A stretch of 64,000 nucleotides of DNA, from the UHGV virus genome UHGV-0010228, one strand, 5' to 3'. The first letter of the stretch is position 1. Each line of letters starts with the position of its first letter. The DNA comes from a virus. The position numbers were made by a program, and so were the translations under genes. The notes under the pieces were generated by a model that worked only from the letters and a program-made list of their open reading frames with translations, ran no database searches and was not told where the DNA came from. Shown here one piece after another: positions 40,849 through 50,367 of the stretch.

Positions 40849-41925
40849 ATGGAAACTACGAGAAAAATTACACACAAAACGATAAAGAACGGTGAGGTTC
40901 TTGTAGACTCAACAAACACAGAAGTTACTACAATTGAAACGGGTGATAATTATCATAGAGAAATCACAATTTCAAAAAGCGAATCCGGGGAAAATGAATT
41001 TGTTTCATTTAAAGGGGTTCGTCATTTCTCCGATAATTCTTATCGAGATGAATCATATTATATTACTAACGAATCATTAGTTGGAAATGTCTCAGATGTT
41101 ACAGATATTGACGAAGGTGATTATCATATTACCATTGAAGAGCACTACTATTGTATCATTGAGGGTAATTACTTAAATAATATTCCTGAAACTCTTCCTG
41201 AAGATTCCTTAATTCTTGAACGTGTGATGGTTACTAGTAAATCTAAAACCCCTTCAGGAATTGAATATGCTGCAACTGCAGTAACTGAATGTAAGACTAC
41301 TGAAGGTATGGATGAGTATAACTATATGGTATCTACACATACTTTACCAACAGATACCGAATCACCATTTGGTGGTAAAACGCAGCTTATTGCAGTTAAT
41401 TCACTTGAACCTGGAAGAACTAGAGTTAGATTAGTATGTGTTACTGTACCTGATGATGATTCTAATCCTGAATTATTATTTGCATTTGAAAATGTAGGTA
41501 GTAAGGATTCAGATCCTTCAGCATTTATTTCAACACATATTAATTATGATCAGATGGATTCCGTTTTAAATATATCTATAACAGATCTTGAAGATGGAAA
41601 TGTGTATATTGAATTAAAGAATGAAAACGTTGAAATCGAAGTTGGAGTATCGTTAGAAGAATTCAAGAGTAGAAAAGTTACAGATATTAATGGTGCAATA
41701 TATCTCGAATCTAATATTGGGGATGATAGTAGAAACACACTTGAACTTATCGGTGATAGTGGGTTCGCTAAGATCGAACAGATCATCTCATTAATAACAT
41801 GGGATAAAGTGATTGAAAAAATCAATGATGTTTTGAAGTATATTAATAACAGTGAAATTGCAAATATAACTTTCATGTTTGAGGACGGTGAAGCACATTT
41901 TGATCCTGATTATATTCAGGCATAA
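40849..41925 (+). CDS. hypothetical protein (about 358 aa)
   Basis: ATG at 40849 with GAAAGGAGAA RBS (the listed GTG at 40831 is unlikely). A + strand copy of the promoter-like motif lies at about 40783-40800. Confidence 0.65.
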   Translation: METTRKITHKTIKNGEVLVDSTNTEVTTIETGDNYHREITISKSESGENEFVSFKGVRHFSDNSYRDESYYITNESLVGNVSDVTDIDEGDYHITIEEHYYCIIEGNYLNNIPETLPEDSLILERVMVTSKSKTPSGIEYAATAVTECKTTEGMDEYNYMVSTHTLPTDTESPFGGKTQLIAVNSLEPGRTRVRLVCVTVPDDDSNPELLFAFENVGSKDSDPSAFISTHINYDQMDSVLNISITDLEDGNVYIELKNENVEIEVGVSLEEFKSRKVTDINGAIYLESNIGDDSRNTLELIGDSGFAKIEQIISLITWDKVIEKINDVLKYINNSEIANITFMFEDGEAHFDPDYIQA

Positions 41926-41954
41926 TAATATTGCTATCTAAAATTTAATATAAT

Positions 41955-41991
41955 AAAGTATCACAAAATTTTGTGATACTTTATTTTTTTT
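41955..41991 (+). terminator. Rho-independent terminator
   Basis: aaagtatcacaaaa/ttttgtgatacttt followed by T9. Confidence 0.75.
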
Positions 41992-42493
41992 CTGAAAATA
42001 TTTTGATAGATTTTTAAACGATATATTACTCAGATGAATCTTTCGTTTCATAAGAGTTTATATAGAAATATTTCTATATAAACTCTTATTCCTAGTTGTA
42101 TATAAATGAGCTTATATAAATATAAATATTTATATAAGTAGATAGATATTAGAATTTATATATAATCTATATAGAGTTTATAGAGCTTTTATATATAAAT
42201 ATAGTAGATATTATATATATTTATATAAATAGAAAATAAATTATAAATAGTTATGAATTTTATTAAAGAATATTATTTACAGTTATATAAATAAATCTAT
42301 ATAAATAAATCTATATAAATATTTCAATACTCAATAAATATAAAAATACTCTTTAATAAATATATTATATAATAGAATATAAATTATATCCGATATAAAA
42401 ATACCCTACCCTGACGGCATCCGAGCAATATATCTTCGATATAATGTTATGGGGTATTTTTAAGTTTTCAACCCCCGAAAGGAGTCAATTAAA

Positions 42494-43006
42494 ATGAAAT
42501 TTTACAGAGCAGATTATGGTGCATACACATTAGCAATTTCAGAAAAGGAAAAATATGCTAGAAAGTATGCAGAAGATATGAGATGTCTATCTTCAAATAG
42601 TTCAGATAATAAGTCATATACTATTAAAGAAATAGATACAACATATGATGAATTAATGAATAATGATTTAGAAGGAAGATTAGTTCAGAAAATGGGTAAA
42701 GGATTATATCTTACATATGAAGATATATATCTATTAGATAAAGAATCTTCCAACTTTATATCTTTATATGAAAATACAATCAAATCTCTACAAGAATTAG
42801 CATATTATAGTTCAAAGATACCTTCTAATACAGGATTAACAGAAAAATTTAAAGATCTAAGAAGTATAATGGTAGATTACAATTCTAATTTTCAGAAAGC
42901 AAAATTCTCAGCTGCAGTACAACACAACTCACCAGTATTTTCTGAAAATATAGATGAATATATCTTTTATGTATTCGGATCTAATGAATTAAAATGTTCA
43001 AATTAA
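42494..43006 (+). CDS. hypothetical protein (170 aa)
   Basis: GAAAGGAG RBS. Terminator hairpin at 43023..43058. Confidence 0.65.
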   Translation: MKFYRADYGAYTLAISEKEKYARKYAEDMRCLSSNSSDNKSYTIKEIDTTYDELMNNDLEGRLVQKMGKGLYLTYEDIYLLDKESSNFISLYENTIKSLQELAYYSSKIPSNTGLTEKFKDLRSIMVDYNSNFQKAKFSAAVQHNSPVFSENIDEYIFYVFGSNELKCSN

Positions 43007-43150
43007 TTATAATATAAAAGAAATATAGTAGAAGGCTAAAAGCCTTCTACTATATTTACCACACAGATTTTCAAAAAGGAATGAATTATTTGAGGAAAAA
43101 TTTATACAATATGTTTTCAAATTTACATATATGTTTAGTATATTCTAAAA

Positions 43151-43630
43151 TTAAAACGGATTATATTGCATAGCCATAGAACTGAATTTCTCAAGAATTA
43201 TTCCACCATTATCAGGATTCTTCCAATATTCTTTAGAAGTTTTTGAAAAATTTAAATTACATTCAAATTTAATAAATTCTTTAAATTTTTTATATGGCAT
43301 TCTACACATATGCATCCAACAATCCTTGAAAAAGTCATCATAAAGATTATTTTTTATAGCCCATTTGTAGCCAGGAGTAGTTCTTGATGTGAATAGATAT
43401 GGTGCATCCCATAATATCATTTGTTCACCTTCCATTTTAGCAGTGAATATAATTATGTAATCTATACCGTTATTAGGATTGTAATTTAAATATGCATATA
43501 TACGAGTTAGTTTGGGGAAATATATCTTATAATTATCTAATAAATTCTGAAATACAATTTGCCTATCATTTGGTGAAATAAACATTAATTCGTTCATAGG
43601 TGGAACTACCTTATCTCTTATCTTAATCAT
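43151..43630 (-). CDS. hypothetical protein (about 160 aa)
   Basis: Start at the ATG at 43630 (MIKIRDK) with AAAGGAGGAATCAAAAA RBS. The listed upstream ATG (43696) has no RBS and would read through the palindrome. Confidence 0.6.
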   Translation of the reverse strand: MIKIRDKVVPPMNELMFISPNDRQIVFQNLLDNYKIYFPKLTRIYAYLNYNPNNGIDYIIIFTAKMEGEQMILWDAPYLFTSRTTPGYKWAIKNNLYDDFFKDCWMHMCRMPYKKFKEFIKFECNLNFSKTSKEYWKNPDNGGIILEKFSSMAMQYNPF

Positions 43631-43665
43631 TTTTTGATTCCTCCTTTTCATCATTAAATAGAGTG

Positions 43666-43703
43666 TTAAAGAGTGTATAGAGAATTCTCTATACACTCTT
43701 TAA
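43666..43703. promoter_or_regulatory. 38-bp perfect palindrome (candidate operator) in a divergent promoter region
   Basis: ttaaagagtgtatagagaa|ttctctatacactctttaa, centred on GAATTC, between divergent genes 43151..43630 (-) and 43849..44976 (+). Confidence 0.5.
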
Positions 43704-43848
43704 TCGGGAATAAACTACACTAGGATTTATATTACAATAGGAGATTTAGTAATTTTCTTTTTTCTAGGTTTTACATACATGTTAATACAATATAAAAATT
43801 TATTTATATTAATATATTATTAATTTGATAGGAGGAAATATAAATATT

Positions 43849-44976
43849 ATGAGAAAAGGTATAATCTTAAAGAATAGTGGTAAATATAGTATCAAATCTT
43901 TACCAAAATTAATTCCAAAAAGAAATAAATTAGATAAGATTAAGTATATCTTATTACCAATAATGGGAGATATGTATAATATATACTTACCATTAATACC
44001 AACTGAATTAATGTATTCTACAAAAATTACAGTTAATATGATATTAGGCACATATTCTGTTGACTATGAAACTGAAGAGATCATATACTTAGATGAATTA
44101 TATGATGATAGAGAATTTGATGATTATATATCGTTTATAAATTATATTTATACTATATATAAATCAGATGGATTCAATATTGTATTTTCATCATTAAAAT
44201 CAGACTCATTTAATGTTGAAATATTTGAATTCTTAAAAGTTACAAGTCTGGATATTAAATTTTATAAAGATAATGAATTAAAAGATAAAATCTTTTATGA
44301 ATCTGAAGATCCAGATTATCAAAATTATTATATAAATGGAGTTGAAGCTATAAATCAAGATTTAATATCGTTATTAGATAAAATAATAGTTCCAACGTAT
44401 AATCCACATAGTCAACCAAAAAGATTGGAAAGTATATTATTTAATGATTTAGGATATGAATTCTCACCAATAAATGATTTAAAAGATAATCATATTTATT
44501 GCGATTTTGTATTATATCCAATATATGAATTTAATAGTTTCATAATGATATCTCCAGATGAAATAGAAAATCTCAGCAAAAATTATTCATCTAGGTTATA
44601 CATCTTAACATTGCCCAAAATAATTAAGTATTATAATGATCCTCAAGTAATGAATAATATTAAAAATCTAATAATACGAGATGAAATATCTGGTGAGTTG
44701 GATGTATGGGATTACTTTGAGTATTCAATATTATATTATGATCGTATATTAACTTTAATACCATATATAGAGTATATTTGCTTATATTTAGAATATATAT
44801 ACATGAATTATCTTGATGATAATATTAATCCTGGAGAAAGCAATATACTTATTAAAGTTAATAGTGATGGAAGAAGATTATCTGATTGTGATTACTATCT
44901 TTTATCAGAATTAAAAGATCGTAATAATATAAATTCAATTATATCTAAACTATTAGAAGGAGAAGACAATGATTAA
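43849..44976 (+). CDS. hypothetical protein (about 375 aa)
   Basis: ATG at 43849 with TAGGAGGAAA RBS. The core motif TTAATATATTATTAAT lies immediately upstream. Confidence 0.65.
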   Translation: MRKGIILKNSGKYSIKSLPKLIPKRNKLDKIKYILLPIMGDMYNIYLPLIPTELMYSTKITVNMILGTYSVDYETEEIIYLDELYDDREFDDYISFINYIYTIYKSDGFNIVFSSLKSDSFNVEIFEFLKVTSLDIKFYKDNELKDKIFYESEDPDYQNYYINGVEAINQDLISLLDKIIVPTYNPHSQPKRLESILFNDLGYEFSPINDLKDNHIYCDFVLYPIYEFNSFIMISPDEIENLSKNYSSRLYILTLPKIIKYYNDPQVMNNIKNLIIRDEISGELDVWDYFEYSILYYDRILTLIPYIEYICLYLEYIYMNYLDDNINPGESNILIKVNSDGRRLSDCDYYLLSELKDRNNINSIISKLLEGEDND

Positions 44977-45679
44977 AAACATGATAATGAAAAGTAGATT
45001 CTTAAAAATCTATATGCCTTTAGATGAGAAAGATGCTTTATTAATATTGAATGAAGCAAGCCAGATCTTTGATAATGGTATAGTGATTTATCCTCACGAT
45101 ATCGATTCACCTATAGATCCAGAATCGTGCTATATAATAAAACATAAAGGTGAATCTCCAAATGGTGACATATTCAGATATATATCTGATTGTGCAATAC
45201 TTAATGGGTCAGATTCGATTCCATCAACACTAATTCCAATGGAATTAGAAATCGCACCAGCAACAAATATTCATATACTAAGTAAATTAGATACTGAAAG
45301 ATCAAATGATAAATTCATAATTTATCCATGTACAGATATGAATTTAATAATCAAAGTAAAGACAAAATTTTATGAAAAAGTAGTATCATCAGTAAAAGGT
45401 GTCAGATTTGATTTTGCATTGAAACCTATAGGTGAAGTACTTAATAGATATAACATATTTAATTCAACTGCATTGATATCTGATATATTTCTGGTTGTTA
45501 AATATATGCTTTATCTACCATATATCGTAATGGCATATGGAGATGCGTGTGCACTTAAGATATCTATAGAATATAAAGATAAGTCAACAACTAATATTCT
45601 ATACTCATATGATGATGTTGTTCATGGTAATATTATAGCTGATGTAATGGAGGTGATAAATTGGAAGGAATCTCATTAG
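44969..45679 (+). CDS. hypothetical protein (236 aa)
   Basis: Overlapping start (ATGA). GAAGGAGAAGA RBS. Confidence 0.65.
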   Translation: MIKNMIMKSRFLKIYMPLDEKDALLILNEASQIFDNGIVIYPHDIDSPIDPESCYIIKHKGESPNGDIFRYISDCAILNGSDSIPSTLIPMELEIAPATNIHILSKLDTERSNDKFIIYPCTDMNLIIKVKTKFYEKVVSSVKGVRFDFALKPIGEVLNRYNIFNSTALISDIFLVVKYMLYLPYIVMAYGDACALKISIEYKDKSTTNILYSYDDVVHGNIIADVMEVINWKESH

Positions 45680-45763
45680 ACAAAATTCTGGAGAGTTTAA
45701 ACTCTCCAGAAAATAAACTGATAAATCCAAATTATAAAGGTAATATAGAGGAGGACAATACTG

Positions 45764-46378
45764 GTGATATTTGATAAACTTACAATGAAAATTATTAATA
45801 ATGAAAAGAAATTGATAGATTTAAATAATAGTGAATCTACAGCATTTGCTGTAGATATTATAACAGAATATTGTGTCCACAATAAAACTCATATAATACA
45901 AATAGTAAAATCGTCTATTGTAGCATTACTATTAATGATTATAATGATATTTTCTTGGATAAATATGTATAAGCATCAAGTTGTGATAAATATGGATTAT
46001 GATTTATTAGTTGCAATAGATCATATTTTATTAACAATATGTAGCATATATGCGCTATATTATTTAATTTCATCTGGAAAAATAACTGTATTATTAGTTG
46101 ACGTATATAATTCAATTAATCACTTAGGTAGTTTGAGTAAACTTCATAAAGAAATTAATAGTATCGATCCAGATGAACTCAAGACTAATAAATCTAAGGA
46201 ATTATTTAGCCAAGCAATTAATCAAGTTGTAAATCTTAGTGAACTTAAAACTGCATATTTAATTGCTGATCATTTATCATATGCCAACGAATATGTATCT
46301 TTCAATAGAGTGCGAAATTTCATGAATAAATTGGTTGTGTGTTATGTTGCGTTAACATCTTTCTTAATATATATTTAA
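45764..46378 (+). CDS. membrane protein (204 aa)
   Basis: GTG start with GAGGAGG RBS. Several hydrophobic helices. Confidence 0.55.
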   Translation: MIFDKLTMKIINNEKKLIDLNNSESTAFAVDIITEYCVHNKTHIIQIVKSSIVALLLMIIMIFSWINMYKHQVVINMDYDLLVAIDHILLTICSIYALYYLISSGKITVLLVDVYNSINHLGSLSKLHKEINSIDPDELKTNKSKELFSQAINQVVNLSELKTAYLIADHLSYANEYVSFNRVRNFMNKLVVCYVALTSFLIYI

Positions 46379-46396
46379 ATTGGAGGTTAAAATACT

Positions 46397-46858
46397 ATGA
46401 GTAATATGAAAAATTTTAATCTTAATAATCCGTTCGTTATTAAGTGTAAAGAGAGTTATGATAATCTCAATAAGACAATAATTGAATCTATCAAGGCTTC
46501 AATTGAGATGATTATTGGTACCTTTATAATAGTGCTAATAGATTTATTAGGGCATTTTCTTATGCCTGAATATAATAATATCACTAGAGCACTGATAAGT
46601 GCAATTGTATTATTTACATTAGTTATTATATTATCAACCCTATTAGTTGATAATATAATACGCAAATCTAAATTAGTTGATATAAATAAATTAATAGATT
46701 CAAATTCATTTGAAGTATTAAATGCTAATAATGAATTACTATTCAATACCAATCTTGAAATAGAAAATCTAGAAGGTAAATGTAATGTTATGATAAATGT
46801 ATTTATTGTAACATTATGTGTTGAAATTGTTAGTCAGATTATATTATGGGTGGTGTAA
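46397..46858 (+). CDS. membrane protein (153 aa)
   Basis: TGGAGGTTAAAA RBS. Three hydrophobic helices. Confidence 0.6.
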   Translation: MSNMKNFNLNNPFVIKCKESYDNLNKTIIESIKASIEMIIGTFIIVLIDLLGHFLMPEYNNITRALISAIVLFTLVIILSTLLVDNIIRKSKLVDINKLIDSNSFEVLNANNELLFNTNLEIENLEGKCNVMINVFIVTLCVEIVSQIILWVV

Positions 46859-46861
46859 GTT

Positions 46862-47359
46862 ATGGAAATAAATGGAATAATTAAAAAATATAAGTTATCA
46901 TCTTTACCTGAAGATATCAAAAGTGATATATTATCTATGAGCCCTAAATATATTCCTGAGATTATTAAAACTAATACTTCTACATTTATAAAGGCTAATG
47001 ATATAGCAATGATAGATAATTGGTCTAAATCATATATTAGATTTATATTGTATGATGTAAATGGTAAAATGATCGATAATGATGGGGATTATATTGAATA
47101 TGATGATTCGTTATATATGGCAAGATATTCAATATCATCTATAGCTACAATAGATCAGTTGAATATGGATTATGTAGTTAAATGTGATGATATTGAGTTA
47201 TATGGAGTTATTGATGGTAATGGTAATACTAGATATATAGGATTTATATCTATGGACTTAGATAAATTTCCAGATTTAAATTCAATAATATTTGGAGAAG
47301 AAAATAGAGAAATAATTTATAATAAATTCTTCAAGTATAATCAGAATATAAAAAAATAA
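46862..47359 (+). CDS. hypothetical protein (165 aa)
   Basis: Coupled to the previous gene. Confidence 0.6.
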   Translation: MEINGIIKKYKLSSLPEDIKSDILSMSPKYIPEIIKTNTSTFIKANDIAMIDNWSKSYIRFILYDVNGKMIDNDGDYIEYDDSLYMARYSISSIATIDQLNMDYVVKCDDIELYGVIDGNGNTRYIGFISMDLDKFPDLNSIIFGEENREIIYNKFFKYNQNIKK

Positions 47360-47374
47360 ATTTATTAAAGTCTA

Positions 47375-47410
47375 TATCAAAGAGAGTTCCAACATTGGAA
47401 CTCTCTTTGA
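47375..47410. terminator. Bidirectional terminator between convergent genes
   Basis: atcaaagagagttccaa-ca-ttggaactctctttgat. Confidence 0.7.
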
Positions 47411-47441
47411 TAGTTTGGTAGAAGATATTTTTTATTTTTCT

Positions 47442-47981
47442 TTAGTAATGCACTACTCCTCCAAGTGCATCCATGATAGGGTCGAGCTTCCGACCAATGT
47501 GCTTATATATACGCATATGGTCGTTAATTTCTGGAGTGAATTTTCCTCCAGAAACTTCAAGCTCCTTCTGGATCAGTTTTTCCAGCTGATCCATAGCTCC
47601 TATAAGAGCCTTTGCTTTTTCGTTGAGTTCTTCGTTATTCATCTTTGAGTAAGAAGAATTCGTACTTGAAAAAGCTTTCTTTGCTTTGTCTCTTGTAAAG
47701 CAAAGTAAAGATTTGAGTTTCTGAGCTGCCGGTGGAAGGATCTTAGCTGCAGCATATGCTGTACCATATGTTACAGCACAAAGGCCGGCATATGCTCCTA
47801 ATACAGCAGCCGTTACTTTTATAGCATCTGCAGGAGTTGCCTTAAGGTCAGTTGTTTTTTCAACTTCCTCGTTCTCGATCTGTTCTCGAGCCTCAACGAC
47901 TCTGCGATCCTGAAGATTTGATAATAAATTCTCTTCAGTTGTAGTTGTAGTATTAACCTGATTCATCTTATTTTTTCTCAT
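47442..47981 (-). CDS. hypothetical protein with a hydrophobic segment (179 aa)
   Basis: AAGGAGG RBS. Promoter motif upstream. Confidence 0.6.
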   Translation of the reverse strand: MRKNKMNQVNTTTTTEENLLSNLQDRRVVEAREQIENEEVEKTTDLKATPADAIKVTAAVLGAYAGLCAVTYGTAYAAAKILPPAAQKLKSLLCFTRDKAKKAFSSTNSSYSKMNNEELNEKAKALIGAMDQLEKLIQKELEVSGGKFTPEINDHMRIYKHIGRKLDPIMDALGGVVHY

Positions 47982-48021
47982 AGTATTTTCCTCCTTATTA
48001 TACTATATGAGTTGTATTTAT

Positions 48022-48038
48022 TCACTTTAATAATATAC
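48022..48038 (-). promoter_or_regulatory. Conserved promoter-like motif copy (GTATATTATTAAAGTGAATAAATACA)
   Basis: Upstream of gene 47442..47981. Confidence 0.5.
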
Positions 48039-48055
48039 TAATAAAAAAAAAAGAA

Positions 48056-48091
48056 ATTACGGTATATTCTATATATAGAATATACCGTAAA
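48056..48091 (-). terminator. Terminator hairpin, identical repeat copy 2 (attacggtatattctatatatagaatataccgtaa)
   Basis: Identical to 3467..3502 over 35 nt, and continues the identity through ...taatataatgaaa. Confidence 0.6.
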
Positions 48092-48114
48092 TAATATAAT
48101 GAAAACAATTCATA

Positions 48115-48276
48115 TTAGTCATCAAACTCGATAGGTTTGATGTCATCAGCAACTTCTTTAAGTTCATCAAGAGTCATAACTTCATCATCATATACTGCAT
48201 TAGCAGTATTAATAATAGTTGCTAATCCTCCTATAATAGATAATGCACCAAATGCATAATTGAGTAATCTCATCAT
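48115..48276 (-). CDS. small protein (53 aa, central hydrophobic segment)
   Basis: GGAAAGGAG RBS. Sequence MMRLLNYAFGALSIIGGLATIINTANAVYDDEV... Not in the supplied ORF table (below its size cut-off). Confidence 0.4.
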   Translation of the reverse strand: MMRLLNYAFGALSIIGGLATIINTANAVYDDEVMTLDELKEVADDIKPIEFDD

Positions 48277-48330
48277 TTTTGTGTGCTCCTTTCCATAATT
48301 ATCATTATTATATAGTTATATTTATATAAA

Positions 48331-48359
48331 AAAGATAAGTCGATAATCAACTTATCTTT
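48331..48359 (-). terminator. Terminator aaagataagt...acttatcttt
   Basis: Hairpin followed by a T-run on the minus strand. Confidence 0.55.
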
Positions 48360-48366
48360 GGTAGAG

Positions 48367-48492
48367 TTTATCTACCTGTTAATTCTTTTCTTATAGCATT
48401 ATAACCATCATTAACTAACCGAGTAGTAATGGTTGTAAAGAATGCTGTGATTATAGCTGTTAATGCTATAATCCCTATTTTCTTCCATCCCA
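48367..48492 (-). CDS. small membrane protein (41 aa)
   Basis: GGAGGTTACTATT-ATG. Sequence MGWKKIGIIALTAIITAFFTTITTRLVNDGYNAIRKELTGR. Confidence 0.45.
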
Positions 48493-48517
48493 TAATAGTA
48501 ACCTCCTATGTATTTAT

Positions 48518-48534
48518 TCATATTAATAATATAT
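48518..48534 (-). promoter_or_regulatory. Conserved promoter-like motif copy (ATATATTATTAATATGAATAAATACAT directly before GGAGG)
   Basis: Upstream of small gene 48367..48492. Confidence 0.5.
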
Positions 48535-48578
48535 TGAAAAAAATAAAGTATAATAAGTGCATTGAAGCACTCACGCTT

Positions 48579-48794
48579 TTATTTGCGTGAGTGCTTTTTT
48601 CTTCTCATATATTTGGATATCTTCTGATATCCAAATATAATTACTGCTTCTGATAGGAGTATTCCTACTCCTATTATAATTGTCTGGAAATCTGCGCCGC
48701 CAATGCAGCAGCAGATGCCGACTACAGTTATTGCGAATATGAGTATGGACAGTGTCCATACCCATATTCTTTCAATTGGAGTTGTGTTTTTCAT
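48579..48794 (-). CDS. small membrane protein (71 aa, two TM helices)
   Basis: ORF 48579..48794 preferred over the overlapping 48571..48765 frame. A strong hairpin (gcactcacgc/gcgtgagtgc) overlaps its 3' end. Confidence 0.5.
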   Translation of the reverse strand: MKNTTPIERIWVWTLSILIFAITVVGICCCIGGADFQTIIIGVGILLSEAVIIFGYQKISKYMRRKKHSRK

Positions 48795-48795
48795 T

Positions 48796-48963
48796 TTAAC
48801 ACCCCCAATTGTTATGTAAGAGATTTATATTCATCTCTTCCTGACGAAGCTGCTCTGCCTGAAGGCGCTGCTGCTCCTCTTCCATTAATTTGTGGGCTTT
48901 CTTAATAAGCCCACCGCCACCTTTCTTTTCAGTCTCTCTAACTTCTTTAAATCTAATTCTCAT
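48796..48963 (-). CDS. small protein (55 aa, MRIRFKEVRE...), tandem paralog B
   Basis: GAAAAGGAGGAATAACATC-ATG RBS. The listed 88-aa ORF is an over-extension. Confidence 0.5.
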   Translation of the reverse strand: MRIRFKEVRETEKKGGGGLIKKAHKLMEEEQQRLQAEQLRQEEMNINLLHNNWGC

Positions 48964-48967
48964 GATG

Positions 48968-49111
48968 TTATTCCTCCTTTTCATCATATCCCATAAGTTC
49001 TTTATAAAGGCGTAATGCTTCTTCAGAGAAGCCACCCTGTGAAGATTTTTTGTTTTCTTCACGTTCTTTCACCTCTATTATCTCTCTCACTTCTCTAATT
49101 TTTATTCTCAT
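48968..49111 (-). CDS. small protein (47 aa, MRIKIREVRE...), tandem paralog A
   Basis: GGAGGAAATACT-ATG RBS, with the promoter motif upstream. The N-terminus is homologous to paralog B. Confidence 0.5.
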   Translation of the reverse strand: MRIKIREVREIIEVKEREENKKSSQGGFSEEALRLYKELMGYDEKEE

Positions 49112-49158
49112 AGTATTTCCTCCTTTATTATACACTATGATTATAACTTCACTTTAAT

Positions 49159-49175
49159 AATATATGAATATACAA
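49159..49175 (-). promoter_or_regulatory. Conserved promoter-like motif copy
   Basis: ATATATTATTAAAGTGA upstream of the small-gene pair. Confidence 0.5.
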
Positions 49176-49234
49176 TCCAGTAATTACGGTCAAATAACAA
49201 TGCTCTAATTTATATAAAGGAGGCGATCTATATT

Positions 49235-49879
49235 ATGGAAATGCCAAATATAGAATACACAGGAGATATATCAAAATTCATAACTACTGAAGATGATATG
49301 TATAATAATATAATGTATTATAAAGATAATGATTTCTTTATGGATTCAATGAATTATTCTAAATTCATAAAGGGATGTGAAAGATTAGTTAGAACTTCTA
49401 AGGACTATTCTAAATTCGTTAGTGTGATAAAGAATGAATTTGGTATCGACTATTGTCAGGTCTCACCAAAGATACATGATGTAGATACTCAAATTGAAAT
49501 GCATCATGGACCATTATTCACGTTATATGATATATGTGAAGTAATAACTAATTATTTCTTAATGTCTAATTTTAAAGTAAATTCATTTAGAATAGCAAAT
49601 CAAGTAATGCAAGAGCATTGGGATCTTAGAGTACAAGTAATAATGTTATCCACTACAAATCATGAAGCAGTTCATAATAGAGATATATTCATAAACTATA
49701 ACCAGGCAATTGGTGATATTGATTCATTCATTAAGCGATATACGCCATATTTATCAGATGAGCAGAAATATAAGATCTGGAATTACTTTAATCTTTGTAA
49801 TAACAATCCGGCGTTTGCTAAGAGTTTTGATAGAGGTATATTAGATCTTGATTATGTTAAAAAATATATAAAGTTGTAG
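49235..49879 (+). CDS. hypothetical protein (214 aa), paralog of 57247..57948; possible diverged HNH-like motif
   Basis: AAAGGAGG RBS. IEMHHGPLFTLYDICEV...NHEAVHN aligns with IEIHHEPFTLFDIVQTV...HDLVHAD in the paralog. Confidence 0.6.
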   Translation: MEMPNIEYTGDISKFITTEDDMYNNIMYYKDNDFFMDSMNYSKFIKGCERLVRTSKDYSKFVSVIKNEFGIDYCQVSPKIHDVDTQIEMHHGPLFTLYDICEVITNYFLMSNFKVNSFRIANQVMQEHWDLRVQVIMLSTTNHEAVHNRDIFINYNQAIGDIDSFIKRYTPYLSDEQKYKIWNYFNLCNNNPAFAKSFDRGILDLDYVKKYIKL

Positions 49880-49927
49880 TCATATAAAACTTAATTATAA
49901 TTTATAAATCTGAAAGGAGACTTAATT

Positions 49928-50341
49928 ATGAACGAAAATCTTCAGACATTATTAGCATCATGTGCACCATTACTGATTTTATTAATAACTATTATAACTG
50001 CATATGTAGTTAAGCTTATTAATAAAATATGTGATGATACTACAAGTAAAACTAATAATGAAATGCTTAATTATGCAATTGATGCTGTTAATTCAATATC
50101 GGTAACAGTTGTAAAAGCTTTTAATCAGCAGATAGTTGACGATCTTAAAGCAAAATCAGAAGATGGCAAATTAACTATTGATGAAATTAGAATGATTAAA
50201 ACCGATGCGATCAATACAATTAAAGAATCATTAACTGATACAGTTAAGGAAACTATTGAAACTGCATATGGTGATTTAGATCAGTATATATCAAATACTA
50301 TTGAATCAGCAATATCTGATGTTAAAAATGAAAATAAATAG
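49928..50341 (+). CDS. hypothetical protein with N-terminal TM helix (137 aa)
   Basis: GAAAGGAGA RBS. Confidence 0.6.
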   Translation: MNENLQTLLASCAPLLILLITIITAYVVKLINKICDDTTSKTNNEMLNYAIDAVNSISVTVVKAFNQQIVDDLKAKSEDGKLTIDEIRMIKTDAINTIKESLTDTVKETIETAYGDLDQYISNTIESAISDVKNENK

Positions 50342-50367
50342 AGAAGGGATATCCCTTCTCTATTTTT
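50340..50367. terminator. Bidirectional terminator agagaagggat|atcccttctct plus T5
   Basis: Perfect hairpin between convergent genes. Confidence 0.7.

Noticed and set aside
42000-42480. Possible CRISPR array
   Set aside because: The repeats are short, AT-only and irregularly spaced, with no repeat-spacer periodicity and no cas genes.
43631-43696. Upstream ATG start (43696) for gene 43151..43696
   Set aside because: It has no RBS and would translate through the 38-bp palindrome. The ATG at 43630 has a strong AAAGGAGG RBS.
48567-48600. Hairpin gcactcacgc/gcgtgagtgc followed by T6 as a + strand terminator
   Set aside because: It lies inside the 3' end of minus-strand gene 48579..48794, in a region with no + strand genes. 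It is more likely an mRNA 3' stability element or coincidence.
48796-49062. 88-aa ORF
   Set aside because: It is an over-extension. The interval holds two small genes with their own RBSs (48796..48963 and 48968..49111).
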